Shown here in pieces: positions 36,801 to 46,784 of a stretch of DNA of 54,196 bases. The notes below the pieces were generated by a model. The model worked only from the letters and a program-made list of their open reading frames with translations, was not told the origin of the DNA and made no database searches. Origin of the DNA: a virus. Lineage: Duplodnaviria > Caudoviricetes. The stretch covers positions 1-54,196 of the IMG/VR virus record IMGVR_UViG_3300025751_000023, one strand, 5' to 3'. Both the position numbers and the translations under genes were made by a program. The stretch's first letter is position 1. Each line of letters starts with the position of its first letter.

Positions 36801-39799
36801 CGAAAGGATTAAACGGGAATAGAGCTTTTCGTGTGAATGAAGTGCCCTACCCCAATACCGCTGCGGGACGCGAGCAAGCAGAAACAGAATTAAGCCGCTT
36901 ACGCAATAGAGTTGATACCTATAATCGAGAGCAAGAGCAAGTTAAGCTGAGGGAAACTTCGGTGAGACAGCTCGATGAGTGGGTACAAACGAACCGTAAA
37001 GTTACGTCGCGTGCAGGGCGCGCTCGTGGTCCACAAGATTCTGTCCAGGGAATCGGACGAAACATCTCGCAAGAGGATGTGGATTTCACTAGCTTTATCT
37101 TCAATCAAGCTGGACTCAATACTGGAGAATCTAGCACTCCCTTCGGAACAGCAGTCACAATAATCGATGCTGACAGCCTTAGTGACCCAGAGATTGTTAA
37201 TTTTCTTCCTACCGCTCAAACGCTCCAAAAGCGTTTTGCTGATGAACCAAACTTACAGGGCACAACCTTCGCAGTTAAAGGCCGTAGGTTTATTGTCATT
37301 CGGCCAAACAGTAAGAATGCTACTGAAGAGATGGTTGCCAATCGTAAGTTGGTGCTCGCCCATGAAGCAGGCCATGTGCTGCTTGACTCTGCACGAAAGA
37401 ACCTCAGCGATGGGCAGCGCAGTAGGCTAGAGACATTATGGAATAACGAATCCAAAGAGCGGGACATCCCCGCGTGGAAAGGAAAAAACGGATTTCAAGA
37501 ATGGTTTTCTGACAAGGTGGCTGGCTGGGCTAAGCATAAGGTGCAGAACCCAAAAGCTAAGCCAAAGAACCTTGCTGAAAACATTTTCGACAAAGTAGTA
37601 AACCAGCTAAAGAGGTTATTTAATGCTGTTAAGGGAAGAGTACCTAGACGCTTTGCTAACAACAACGCCTTTAATAAGTTCATGGACAGCATGGCAACAG
37701 AGGGCGTCTTTGATATTAATGAAGCGGTGGCTACAACCCAGGGCTATTCTGACATACAGCTAGGTAATCCAGCAGATCGAATCCGCGATGTGGTATCCCC
37801 TAGAACATTGCGCTATGGGGCCTCTAAGGTAAAACAGGGCCTTAAGGCATTTACAAACACTAAGGTGGGCAGCTACGTCATGACTAATGACGCCCTGCTT
37901 CGATCTGTGAATGAGCCAATTGGCCGAGCAATTTATCGTAACGTCAATGAGCGATATGAGGCTGGCGACACAATAGAAATCCGCGATGGCGTGACAGTGG
38001 TGCCGGGAGGCCGAAGCTACCACGAAGGCCGCGAATACCAGCTTCAGAAATATATTGGTCGATTGGACCAGATTCTGCGCGATGTACCAGAAACCGATCA
38101 ACAAAAGGTGTGGTTCGAACTATCACGCGAAGTTCCAACTAAAGATCTAAGCACTGACGCAGCGGTGCAGGTCCGACAGCTCCTAGATGAATTTTGGGAT
38201 GACTACGTAACGCCACGTATGCCCCAGATGCAAGGCCGTAAGGTCGAGAATTATTTTCCCAGAGTCTTTGACAAGATTGCCATTAGTGGTGATCGAGATG
38301 CTTTCGTAGCGATACTGAATAAGCACGGTATCAAAGATCCTGACAAAGTAATTAAGAACCTGACTGAGCAAGACCGGGATTACTCTGACTCAGAAATGGG
38401 TGCGATGATTCAAGGCTGGCAACAGCAGCGTGTGTTCAAAGACCAAGCGTTGCTACAAGACTTAGTTGACGGAGGGTTTGTCAACGCAAGCCCAGCCGTG
38501 TCGTTACTCGACTATTTTAAGCAAGTTACTAGTCGCGGTGAGTATGACCGACTGTTTGGTGGTTTTGTGGGCGGTAAGTGGGACAGCAATAAGCGCATTA
38601 AAGAGATGACAAAAGATCTATCTCTGGAAGATAAAGTCAAATTCAACAAGTACTTCAAAGCGAGCATATTCCCTGAACATCTTGACCCAGATAACCCTTG
38701 GCACAATTTCCTAGGAGAGTTACGGGCTTATGAAAGTTTTAGGGTACTTCTCGGCAGCGGCCTTGCCTCGGTAGCCGAGTTAGGTGGCATATTCTCCCGT
38801 TTGCGCGGGACGTTAGATACAAGCGAATTCCGAACGATCATCGCTCGATCTCTCGATGGCCGAACTAAAGAAGAGCTTTATGACTTTGCACGTGACATGG
38901 GAGCTGTTGCTAATGCTGCGACAGGCGCGATGTTGCAGGACATTGCAGCCGATCCATCTCTCGGCAACAAAGGATTCTTTAGAAAACATCTCCCTTCCCT
39001 TTTTAAGTACAACGGTAACAATGCTGTAACCGACTTTACGAGAGTTGTTGCGACACAGGCTGCGCGGCAATACATCAAACGTATTGCAGCACAGAAGATG
39101 GATGCGCAGAACGTCAGACGGATGCGCGAACTGGGGCTTACCCCACAAGCTGTCCAGCGTTGGGTTCGCATTGGCGAGCCATCTACTTCCCAAGGGTTAC
39201 AAGGCGCTGACAAGGTTGCAACTGAGCAAGTACTGTTCGGCATACATCAGTTTGTTACTGACAGTGTGCTGCGCCCTAATGCGAGCGAGCGTACTTTTTG
39301 GGCTACAGATCCTCTAGGCGGTATGGTCTTCCACCTCAAGTCCTTCGCTTATTCTTACAATAAGCGAATACTTGGAGGGGTTGCGCGAGAGATCAACGAT
39401 CAGATCGAAGGCAATGAAGACCTAAAAGCCTTTATGCCAAAACTGTTCGGCGCAATCTCTGTATTTTTACTTCTCGGCGGTATTACTGACGAGCTTAGGG
39501 CACGACTATTTAGTTTTGGCACAGAAGGCTCGCTAGACAAAGCACGTGGCGACACGGGGCAAATGATGGAGAACTGGGCTACGAGGGCTGGATTTTTCAG
39601 CCTGCCTTTTTCAGACATAGTAACTAACCCCTCACCGGAAGGAGTGGCATACTCGTTAGGGCCAACCACCCACCACTTCTATGAACTTCTTTTCGAAAAT
39701 TACGGTGAACGTACCGAAGCGTTGAAGCTGATGAAATCAACACCCGGTGTGAATCAGTTACCAGTTCTAAAAAAGGCAATCGTGGAAGAATTAAGTTAA
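33872..39799 (+). CDS. Giant internal virion / ejection protein (large polyvalent type) with HExxH motif
   Basis: 1975 aa; N-terminal Gly/Ala hydrophobic segments, LAHEAGH...QEWFSD, ENYFPR, and a C-terminal hydrophobic segment. Confidence 0.75.
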   Translation: MAQDGSAFGNALARGIDQTQMMAYGFANAVGSLVGWDSLEEWSAEGIAANMEELRLNPPKIESWDDIDSLADFGTYFIEALGEGAPMLATVLGTAGAGGAAAGISTLTRAQLGKQMKRKLGKQAMRNYQVAKRRGQIAGAATSSYTLNTGETQTSLISEGVNNPGAALTAGAVKSAFDLVGLGAITRAARATGTSPKNFFDAAVNLAGTYGKAGTVEGLTEGVQSIVDAAVVSGNVAGKDFFSAENVDNLINSVLKGSIVGGTFAAGVQAPGQFMEVARTKAKAREAQAQMEQEFYGREPTGVENLPIPEPEAYATENPEPTQLDLDLALNDIEQTANAAPDYQGVDPGDVIPVPEGQTDMVAQARALEDPTSSKRAMLITSGSFDPYAANSLPMPPGMERVDMGNGDVIYTQDADVAQRATDVAQRATEEGPSDQFYGDVLYNMPGGKAPDANLVVQVTDPETGGVTTEILTNEENLGRTLEEARFQAGAGRDVNVIQETNGIPATAIAVGARIAKQADQDVANAQADIETRIAALINNAMMRKNGKKKFQDTLQAAFQNGSTESANILADVAKMSPRGQAAFIAEFVDDDAVSAVETTPQNAAELRDAQIADIGPNTTGESTFDRSIDQLEPESAQPIQVEIDLDYGNVNGAEKFADKTYANIITEVNQLKKDLGESSPIISEVVRDGSTARLEFAPSAAVTQKIEKDPIRTPDTNLTRGLPYLTPDLLVGAAIKNAKNSVSKGREKWAEKNKLAARSFIRAKDPRGQWQVLGTRALADSGVHLLMSEQQSTERSLAQLQLDGFLRMQAELANRGWQIQPAAKDTLIYHKELSGKKVDKGGLLSIQDVERGNMIVQRQFAKINRLERELKAIEQGDPRDRYLIPIKQRELREATSQEAMDQIPSTSAVRGTGLEAELLSVQEYTPEVSDQGGDFNYTSPTLMDEPVAELQPQGTQPDVYNERVFKQDQDAIAKLAKGLNGNRAFRVNEVPYPNTAAGREQAETELSRLRNRVDTYNREQEQVKLRETSVRQLDEWVQTNRKVTSRAGRARGPQDSVQGIGRNISQEDVDFTSFIFNQAGLNTGESSTPFGTAVTIIDADSLSDPEIVNFLPTAQTLQKRFADEPNLQGTTFAVKGRRFIVIRPNSKNATEEMVANRKLVLAHEAGHVLLDSARKNLSDGQRSRLETLWNNESKERDIPAWKGKNGFQEWFSDKVAGWAKHKVQNPKAKPKNLAENIFDKVVNQLKRLFNAVKGRVPRRFANNNAFNKFMDSMATEGVFDINEAVATTQGYSDIQLGNPADRIRDVVSPRTLRYGASKVKQGLKAFTNTKVGSYVMTNDALLRSVNEPIGRAIYRNVNERYEAGDTIEIRDGVTVVPGGRSYHEGREYQLQKYIGRLDQILRDVPETDQQKVWFELSREVPTKDLSTDAAVQVRQLLDEFWDDYVTPRMPQMQGRKVENYFPRVFDKIAISGDRDAFVAILNKHGIKDPDKVIKNLTEQDRDYSDSEMGAMIQGWQQQRVFKDQALLQDLVDGGFVNASPAVSLLDYFKQVTSRGEYDRLFGGFVGGKWDSNKRIKEMTKDLSLEDKVKFNKYFKASIFPEHLDPDNPWHNFLGELRAYESFRVLLGSGLASVAELGGIFSRLRGTLDTSEFRTIIARSLDGRTKEELYDFARDMGAVANAATGAMLQDIAADPSLGNKGFFRKHLPSLFKYNGNNAVTDFTRVVATQAARQYIKRIAAQKMDAQNVRRMRELGLTPQAVQRWVRIGEPSTSQGLQGADKVATEQVLFGIHQFVTDSVLRPNASERTFWATDPLGGMVFHLKSFAYSYNKRILGGVAREINDQIEGNEDLKAFMPKLFGAISVFLLLGGITDELRARLFSFGTEGSLDKARGDTGQMMENWATRAGFFSLPFSDIVTNPSPEGVAYSLGPTTHHFYELLFENYGERTEALKLMKSTPGVNQLPVLKKAIVEELS
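35115..35160 (+). repeat. Exact 21-bp in-frame tandem duplication (DVAQRAT x2)
   Basis: CAGATGTAGCACAACGCGCTA twice, followed by CAGA. Confidence 0.9.
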
Positions 39800-39820
39800 A
39801 ATATAGGTAGCACATATATT

Positions 39821-40177
39821 ATGGTTTCGCAAGTTGACTTAAATCCCCTAGTTCGTGGGGACACTTGGACGAACAAGTTCGCGTTTACTGATGCGAACGG
39901 TGCTGTCATCGACATCTCTAACTTTGTTTATTGGATGACATTGAAATCAAATCCCGAGAAGGATGATGTCGAAGCTGAAGCGCAAACCAGTGTAACGGCG
40001 ACAGGTACGGATGCGCAAAACGGGATTGTGTATGTCACTTTCTCTGCGGCTGAAACAGCAACGTTGCAGCCTGGGAAGTATTACTACGATTTGCAGCAAG
40101 TGAATAATGGAGAAGTAACGACTTTGCTTCTTGGCAAGGTCAAAGTGTTACGGGATATCACGAAGACTATTAGCTGA
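39821..40177 (+). CDS. Small Ig-like tail/virion protein (BppU N-terminal-like)
   Basis: RGDTW...DIS...NG.VYV...ET..L.PGKYYYDLQ...LLGKVKV..DITK. Confidence 0.7.
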   Translation: MVSQVDLNPLVRGDTWTNKFAFTDANGAVIDISNFVYWMTLKSNPEKDDVEAEAQTSVTATGTDAQNGIVYVTFSAAETATLQPGKYYYDLQQVNNGEVTTLLLGKVKVLRDITKTIS

Positions 40178-40350
40178 TGGCAACGAACGTAAAAGTCTCA
40201 AGCACACGTGCAAATGGCGTTACCGTACAGACTACTTCTGTTGCGGTAGACCCTAGTGCGCAGGCAGTAGCAATACAAGTTGGCGGCACCCAGCAAGTGA
40301 ATGTAACGACTCGTGCCACATCTAACTCTTTGCGAGCAGTGGTGAAGTAA
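40177..40350 (+). CDS. Small Val/Thr-rich protein (57 aa, not in ORF track)
   Basis: TGATG coupling; the stop abuts the next start. Confidence 0.55.
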   Translation: MATNVKVSSTRANGVTVQTTSVAVDPSAQAVAIQVGGTQQVNVTTRATSNSLRAVVK

Positions 40351-41910
40351 GTGGCAACGCCAACGCTAACAAATACTCCGGTAACGATTAGTGATGCGGA
40401 GTCCGTTACTAACTGGTCTGCCGTGTCTATCGTTCTTGATCCCGATATTAAGCGTCAAGGGAACAACAGCGTAACGGATGGCTTGAGGAATAACGGGGCG
40501 ACGTTTAGTTACAGCGGAACTCCGCTTCCGACCAACCTGAATAACCAAACGATACGCATGTGGTGCACCAACACGTTAACGCCTTATATGCAGTCGTTTG
40601 CTAATGAAGGGTTTTCTTTCCTCATTAACACAGGGACGACCGGGTACTACACCATAGCTGGTTTCGATACCTATCAAGGCGGCTGGCTTAACATGGCTGT
40701 TACGTTAGCAACAGGTGTAAGTCCCACTAGTGGGAGCGTAACGCCTACTAACAATGTCAGTGAAATTGGTATTAGGTTCCAACGTACAGCTGCGCCGAGA
40801 AACATCGATAATACTTGGCTTGACTACCTGCGCTATGGCGATGGCTATACAGCGACAGGTGGAACCTCGGGTGATCCTATTACCCCAGCTACTATTGCTA
40901 CTACGGATAATTCGAACGGTTATGGCATATTCGAGAAGATAGACGGCGTTATTTTCGGATCGGGGACGTTAGACCTTGGCTCTGGTGCTACCACTACGGA
41001 CTTTGATTCTGTCGGGGACCTTATCGTATTTCTGGAGAACCCCTACACGAGAGCAGGGCTTTACTCGATCACTGCTGCTGGCTCAGGTTGCAATGCCTTT
41101 CTCGATGGCTCGGTAATAAAAACCGCTGGTAATGTGGCTAATAACAAGTTCGACTTAGATTTCAGCGATTCAGCGATTACGGCCACAGTTACAGGATGCC
41201 TATTCGATAAAGGTGCCAGTTTAGATTTTGCCACAGGACACTCAGTGACGAATAACACCTTTAACGCGTGTACTTTGATTACGCCAGGAGGCGCTACCTT
41301 CACAGGTAACATTATCAAAGGAGGCACTGGTACTGCGGCAGTTACTGCTACTCCAGCACAGATGGCTAACATAACTGGCAACACGTTTTACAGTAACTCT
41401 AACCATGCTGTTGAAGTAACGGGCACAGCCGCAAATTTCAGTTGGGATAACGAGGATGATTCGAATTACGACAGTGGTACCTCTGGGAATGATGTTGCCG
41501 TAGCTACACCAACTGGTAATGAGACCATCTTTGTAAACATCGCCACCGGGACTGTACAGATAACGGTCGGAGATGGGGCGAATAACATTCCATCAGTGAG
41601 ATCCGCTGGAGCCACAATTAATGTTACTGCTGGACTAACAACGATCACTGTTACCGAGCTAAAGACTGGCAGCGACGTAATCGTCTTCAACGCTAGTACC
41701 AATGCAACTATTGCAGAAACAAATAACAGTGGCACAAGTTTTCAGTTCCAGACCAGTGCCGCCACGACAGTACACATACATGTAACAAATTTAGGATACC
41801 TGCCTTACTACAGGCGCAATTTTGTTGTGCCATCGAATAACCAAGATTTAGCGGTAAGCCAGGTTGTAGACAGAGTTTATGAAAACCCAGTAACGGCTTT
41901 TGACCCTTAA
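40351..41910 (+). CDS. Virion structural protein with beta-helix-like repeats
   Basis: Thr/Gly/Asn-rich; VTGCLF, VTNNTF, FTGNII and ITGNTF repeats. Confidence 0.65.
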   Translation: MATPTLTNTPVTISDAESVTNWSAVSIVLDPDIKRQGNNSVTDGLRNNGATFSYSGTPLPTNLNNQTIRMWCTNTLTPYMQSFANEGFSFLINTGTTGYYTIAGFDTYQGGWLNMAVTLATGVSPTSGSVTPTNNVSEIGIRFQRTAAPRNIDNTWLDYLRYGDGYTATGGTSGDPITPATIATTDNSNGYGIFEKIDGVIFGSGTLDLGSGATTTDFDSVGDLIVFLENPYTRAGLYSITAAGSGCNAFLDGSVIKTAGNVANNKFDLDFSDSAITATVTGCLFDKGASLDFATGHSVTNNTFNACTLITPGGATFTGNIIKGGTGTAAVTATPAQMANITGNTFYSNSNHAVEVTGTAANFSWDNEDDSNYDSGTSGNDVAVATPTGNETIFVNIATGTVQITVGDGANNIPSVRSAGATINVTAGLTTITVTELKTGSDVIVFNASTNATIAETNNSGTSFQFQTSAATTVHIHVTNLGYLPYYRRNFVVPSNNQDLAVSQVVDRVYENPVTAFDP

Positions 41911-41911
41911 C

Positions 41912-42340
41912 ATGAAAAGAAGTGCAAAAAGATACGCGCTGTATTCCAAGTTTTATGAGCTGAGCGGAGAGCGAGAAACACCTTTCAGCCCAAATACAGA
42001 GCAACAAGCTGTACTAGACCATTGTATGGTACAACCGGGATTTACCGGATTTGAAAAATTTACTTTGGAATGGGATATAGGTATTGCCGATATTCCTACC
42101 ATGCTAGACAGACAAGATGACTGGTTTCTATACGGGATCAGCGAAGACATCGTAGTAAAAGTACCCGACGAATCTCTTCGGAAATCTTTAACTCTAGCAA
42201 AACAGGTTTTCCTCGCTTCTGGAGCAGGCGTGGAGACAGAGCCAGATCCCACTGGTGGGACTGTCTGGCAAAAAATTGGGCTAGACCTTAACTACAAACA
42301 GATTGTCGAAACGATGGAGGGACGACACGCATGGCTTTAA
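41912..42340 (+). CDS. Hypothetical protein
   Basis: Fills the gap between two structural genes. Confidence 0.55.
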   Translation: MKRSAKRYALYSKFYELSGERETPFSPNTEQQAVLDHCMVQPGFTGFEKFTLEWDIGIADIPTMLDRQDDWFLYGISEDIVVKVPDESLRKSLTLAKQVFLASGAGVETEPDPTGGTVWQKIGLDLNYKQIVETMEGRHAWL

Positions 42341-44250
42341 TTATCGATCCAGATGCGTTGTTTGATAGCAGCAGCGACGATGGCTCTACTGAGGTATATA
42401 TCAATACCTCAGCCCAGACCATCAAGCTTAACGCTACAGGCAACCTGAGCGCTGATGGCGTAACGCACAAAGCGCTTTATAGTTTTTTGAAAGACCAGTG
42501 GCAGGGTGATCCGAACAGTAAAGGACTAAGTAAGTTCATCTTCCCTATGCTGGCAATCACGGAAGAGCAGTTTGAATGGGGGAACAATGGTTCTGTTTAC
42601 TCTGACTGGGCACCCGCAAACGCTGCTACTCGAACCTATATCCGAACGGGGGGATGGCGCGAGCTGAATGCTAGTGCGCAAGTACTTCGAGAGTACGCAG
42701 GTATTATCTCACTGGGTACGATAGGGGCCGCAGACCAACCGTACTATTTGCAGGTGGACGGCGGAACGCCCGCAGATTTCGAATTCCCCGGAGTTGTGAA
42801 TGAAGCGGTACAAATTTATAACGACGTAGACGGCGATGGCGTAATTGAATCTGGTGATGGCGACTTCGACTACCGCAGTTTCTTTAAAATTTTCTGTCGA
42901 GAAGAAAACAAGACATTTGCTCAGTCAGATATCAGTGCTATCGGTGTAACGAACATGACTTATCAGGTGTATCGTTTTCCGTTGACTAACGCAGCGGATA
43001 TTAAATACACCACCGCAGATTCAACAATTGGCTCGTCATCACCTTACACCGAAATCGAACTTCGCTACTTTGGCAGTGCGTTTACCGCAGAAGTTGCAGA
43101 TGGCGTTGATTCAAACTTTGGTTTAGTCATCGATGTAGGCACAATCTCTGGTGTTGATGGTTCATTTTCAGCGTCGGGATCTGTGCTCACAACAAGTGGC
43201 AGTACGATCCCTACTACGATATATGACAGTGGCACACTGACTATTACTGAAGGTTCGGATAAGGGCACTGTTTTTAATGTTACTGGGACGACAAGTACCT
43301 CAGTCACTATCGACGGTTCCTTCACTGCGACTGAGACAGGCATTAGCTTTATCCTGCAAAGGACAACACCTATAGTCGCTACGCTTCCTCAAATTTACGA
43401 GAAGATTCAATATTCGCTCCGACTCGGATCAGATATTGATGAAGTTGGCACGCTTACTGGTAAAACTGCCGATACGTTGCTTACGTTCATTGGTGACGAG
43501 CTTCGAACGAATTCACAAACTGACGCAACAGGCGGCTCAGGTGTGTACATCTCAGGTTTCCGTACTGCGGATACCAACGAAGTTCAGTTCACGGACAACG
43601 GTGGCAATGTTCGAGAGTACCCATTCGTTGCATCAGGCGACTTGGTGTTCAACTCTAACCTGACGACTGACTCAGCAGCAAAGTACTGGCTCTACTACAA
43701 GCACACTCGTGTTGATACGCCAGCTAACTTCTCGTTTTCGAATTCATCCGGTAACACTACCGAATTGACTTCTTCAAGTGCGGCTTTGCCAACACTTGCA
43801 CAGAACGATTATGTACGAATCGAGGGAGCGAGTACCGCTGCAAACAACGGTATTTATCAGGTTACTGATACCACACCATCCACCTCAAGTGTTCAAGTGA
43901 CAAAGGTCAATGGCGCTAATCCAAGCGATGAGACCTTCACCGGAACTATTTTCCAAGATCCGATCAATAGCCCCGATGCCAAGCTCGTTAAAAATTCTAA
44001 CGGTACCAACATCGGTAATGCTTTGATCAATGGCAATTCGACTATCGGTTTCACGTTCGCTTATGACACTGAAAACGAAGGCGGTCGCCTTGATAACCAA
44101 AGTGGTGGGGTAGATGCACCCGTCGTACTTCGCGTTATTGGACTTTTCAAAGGTCAGTACGCCGAAGCGGAATTTTCGATTACCGAAGCGACAGGCCAAT
44201 CATTCCCGATCAACGCACCATTCGAACGAAACTACGCTGATCCAGCTTAA
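42331..44250 (+). CDS. Virion structural protein (beta-rich)
   Basis: GGAGG RBS; Ser/Thr/Gly-rich; followed by a terminator. Confidence 0.65.
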   Translation: MALIIDPDALFDSSSDDGSTEVYINTSAQTIKLNATGNLSADGVTHKALYSFLKDQWQGDPNSKGLSKFIFPMLAITEEQFEWGNNGSVYSDWAPANAATRTYIRTGGWRELNASAQVLREYAGIISLGTIGAADQPYYLQVDGGTPADFEFPGVVNEAVQIYNDVDGDGVIESGDGDFDYRSFFKIFCREENKTFAQSDISAIGVTNMTYQVYRFPLTNAADIKYTTADSTIGSSSPYTEIELRYFGSAFTAEVADGVDSNFGLVIDVGTISGVDGSFSASGSVLTTSGSTIPTTIYDSGTLTITEGSDKGTVFNVTGTTSTSVTIDGSFTATETGISFILQRTTPIVATLPQIYEKIQYSLRLGSDIDEVGTLTGKTADTLLTFIGDELRTNSQTDATGGSGVYISGFRTADTNEVQFTDNGGNVREYPFVASGDLVFNSNLTTDSAAKYWLYYKHTRVDTPANFSFSNSSGNTTELTSSSAALPTLAQNDYVRIEGASTAANNGIYQVTDTTPSTSSVQVTKVNGANPSDETFTGTIFQDPINSPDAKLVKNSNGTNIGNALINGNSTIGFTFAYDTENEGGRLDNQSGGVDAPVVLRVIGLFKGQYAEAEFSITEATGQSFPINAPFERNYADPA

Positions 44251-44258
44251 TGGGTTAA

Positions 44259-44288
44259 GGGGGTCCCAATTCGGGACTCCCGCTTTTT
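44259..44288 (+). terminator. Intrinsic terminator
   Basis: GGGGGTCCC-AATTC-GGGACTCCC followed by GCTTTTT. Confidence 0.7.
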
Positions 44289-44300
44289 AAGGAGTCTTAA

Positions 44301-46784
44301 ATGCCCGGCGAAAAAAGATTTACGAGGATTCCTCCCGAGTCAACGGGTGACAGAATCTTTATGGTCCACACTGCGGAAATCCTTTTCGATGAGCAGACGG
44401 ACAATTCCTACACTTGGAAAGTTGGCGAAAGGTACACCATTAGTGGCAACGGTGGACCAACAATGTCAGTCCACGTTCACGGCGTGCAAGACAATGGCGT
44501 AGACGGTTTCCTGAGTGTTCATTTTTCAAAGTATGACAAGAATAACAACATTGTACCGCAGCTAGGCCAGAACATTATTGACCCTGACGGTACAACACAA
44601 GTAGCTAAAGTTGCGTCTACCTATGACGTTTATATCCCTGCCCAGCAGATTGTTGGCTTTGACAACCCCGAGTACGGTGTTGATGTCGACCCAACAGGGA
44701 GCATGAATGTCCGTTTTTCTGAGGGACTGCCTCAGTTAGACGCATTCGGAAAATTGCGTACTTCTGGCGCTACGATTTTAGGTGACTACGTTTTCTCTGA
44801 TAACGATAGACCTTTTGATTTTGCAAAAACTCGAAATGGCGCAGCATCGGTTATTTGGGCTGAAGATAAACGCTGCGTAACTTTTTCAAGCGGCACTACG
44901 CAGGCTACTGCTATAACGGGGTACGGCGCTCAAGAATGCTATCTAACTAGTCACACGTATCATCATTACTTTCCTGGGTTCTCACACCTGGCAATCATGA
45001 CTGCCGCGCTCGATAACATCGACGTTACTGGCACGGTACGTGAATGGGGTTATTTTGACGAGAATAATGGTTATTTCTTTAGGAAGGATGAGGACTCCCC
45101 TCTCCAGCTTGTCATTCGTTCATCGGCAACTGGCGTCTTAACTGAAATAATAATTGAGAAAGACGAGACTAGGTATTACTCAAACGGCATTTTGCAATCG
45201 ACAGAAATTACGTCTTGGACAGGCGATCATGTAGATGGTACTGGCGACAGTCGAATGAACTTACGACTGATAGACGACAACATTTACTGGATTGATATTC
45301 AATGGCTATCAGCTGGACGCGTACGATTTGGCACCTACCACCGAGGGCAGCGAGTTGTAATACACGAGTATTACCACGAAGGGTCATTCAACGCTGGTAA
45401 ACCGCATTCACAAACAGGAGCGCTACCCATACGCTTCGGCCAATTCAACAAAGTTGGCGAAAGTGTAAGCGGTACAGCATCACTAAGTGTGTGGTGCGCG
45501 TCAGTTGTATCCGAGTCACAAATCGATTTAAAAGGTATCGGTCGAGGACAACTAGAGTCTTTTGAAGTTCAGTTTGACCCTACTAATTTAAATGATTGGC
45601 AAGGGCTAAATGATACGGGTAAAGGCGACAGAATACCTACGACATTTGCTAGTGGGTTTACGACAAACGGTACAGCAGCAGTTGTACCCTCGACCGCATC
45701 TCTAAAAGCTGGCTATAAACTACATTTAATGGATCAAGATGGCGGCACTGGGGTCATTACCGGACAAGCCATTTATATCAGTGAAATTATTGATGGTACT
45801 AACATTGTATTAACTGAGGCCCCTACAACTGATTTTTCAGGCGTAGAGAATGTGATGTTTCACCTGCATGTCAATGACGAGTACCAACTGCTGGGGATAC
45901 TGTCTCCCGTCAAAAATATTGGAACCGCTACTCACGAAAACAGAACTTTATATCTGCCACAAGCGATGCGATCTTTTGCATACCATACCGATGGTACGCC
46001 CGCCACGGTTGAGATTGAGATATACGCTGATCCTATCGTCAGCGGTAATTCAGTCGCAATGCCGATAAAAGAATCTGTAAGTGCAAGTGCGCCACTGACA
46101 AAAATTGAACCGAATGATCCTTACTGTGCAGTCACTTCTTATGAGGATTCTGGGCAAGTTAACTACTTTGGGCGCGGGTTCCATCAACTTGTTTCGTTTG
46201 TGGATGGGAACACAGGTCGAGAGGAATTAGGGGGCCAGTACACCAACTTTCAGGCTGGAGCTTTTAAATTAAAAGCAGCCAATGGCGGCAATAATCGGTG
46301 CCCTTTACTTAAAATCCATCAATCACCTGCTGCTGGTAGGGCAACAATTATTGAGATTAATACTCCGCCAACAGGCGTGGATTACTCACTGCACCGAGAA
46401 GGAAATCCAATCCAGTTCGAGGGTATACCGGGGGCGATTGGTAGTGATGCTACCTATGGCTTGAATATCAATGTAGATCCTAACCGATACTTTTATCTAC
46501 GCATGATCAGCTTAGACAAAGCTGAACTGTATTTAGATGAGCAGTTCCAGACTCCGTATGATACAAGCGGACTAAGTACAGCAACTAATAGCGGCAGTTA
46601 TACGTGGAACGCTACAGCAGTCCCACTTTCAGATGGGGGTTGGATACGAAGCGGATATGGCCCATTCCTGTATTTTGCGATTGTTGCTAAACCGATTGGC
46701 CTTAGCGCTCAATCCGCATACCACGCAACTCACGGAGACATTGTCTGCCACTTCGCTTTGAGCTGGAATGAGGTTGCGCAGTAA
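44301..46784 (+). CDS. Large structural protein (DAFGKLRTS / lectin-like beta-sandwich type)
   Basis: LDAFGKLRTS...YFPG...WGYFDENNGYFF...YWIDIQWLSAGRVRFG...LPIRF; AAGGAG RBS. Confidence 0.65.
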   Translation: MPGEKRFTRIPPESTGDRIFMVHTAEILFDEQTDNSYTWKVGERYTISGNGGPTMSVHVHGVQDNGVDGFLSVHFSKYDKNNNIVPQLGQNIIDPDGTTQVAKVASTYDVYIPAQQIVGFDNPEYGVDVDPTGSMNVRFSEGLPQLDAFGKLRTSGATILGDYVFSDNDRPFDFAKTRNGAASVIWAEDKRCVTFSSGTTQATAITGYGAQECYLTSHTYHHYFPGFSHLAIMTAALDNIDVTGTVREWGYFDENNGYFFRKDEDSPLQLVIRSSATGVLTEIIIEKDETRYYSNGILQSTEITSWTGDHVDGTGDSRMNLRLIDDNIYWIDIQWLSAGRVRFGTYHRGQRVVIHEYYHEGSFNAGKPHSQTGALPIRFGQFNKVGESVSGTASLSVWCASVVSESQIDLKGIGRGQLESFEVQFDPTNLNDWQGLNDTGKGDRIPTTFASGFTTNGTAAVVPSTASLKAGYKLHLMDQDGGTGVITGQAIYISEIIDGTNIVLTEAPTTDFSGVENVMFHLHVNDEYQLLGILSPVKNIGTATHENRTLYLPQAMRSFAYHTDGTPATVEIEIYADPIVSGNSVAMPIKESVSASAPLTKIEPNDPYCAVTSYEDSGQVNYFGRGFHQLVSFVDGNTGREELGGQYTNFQAGAFKLKAANGGNNRCPLLKIHQSPAAGRATIIEINTPPTGVDYSLHREGNPIQFEGIPGAIGSDATYGLNINVDPNRYFYLRMISLDKAELYLDEQFQTPYDTSGLSTATNSGSYTWNATAVPLSDGGWIRSGYGPFLYFAIVAKPIGLSAQSAYHATHGDIVCHFALSWNEVAQ

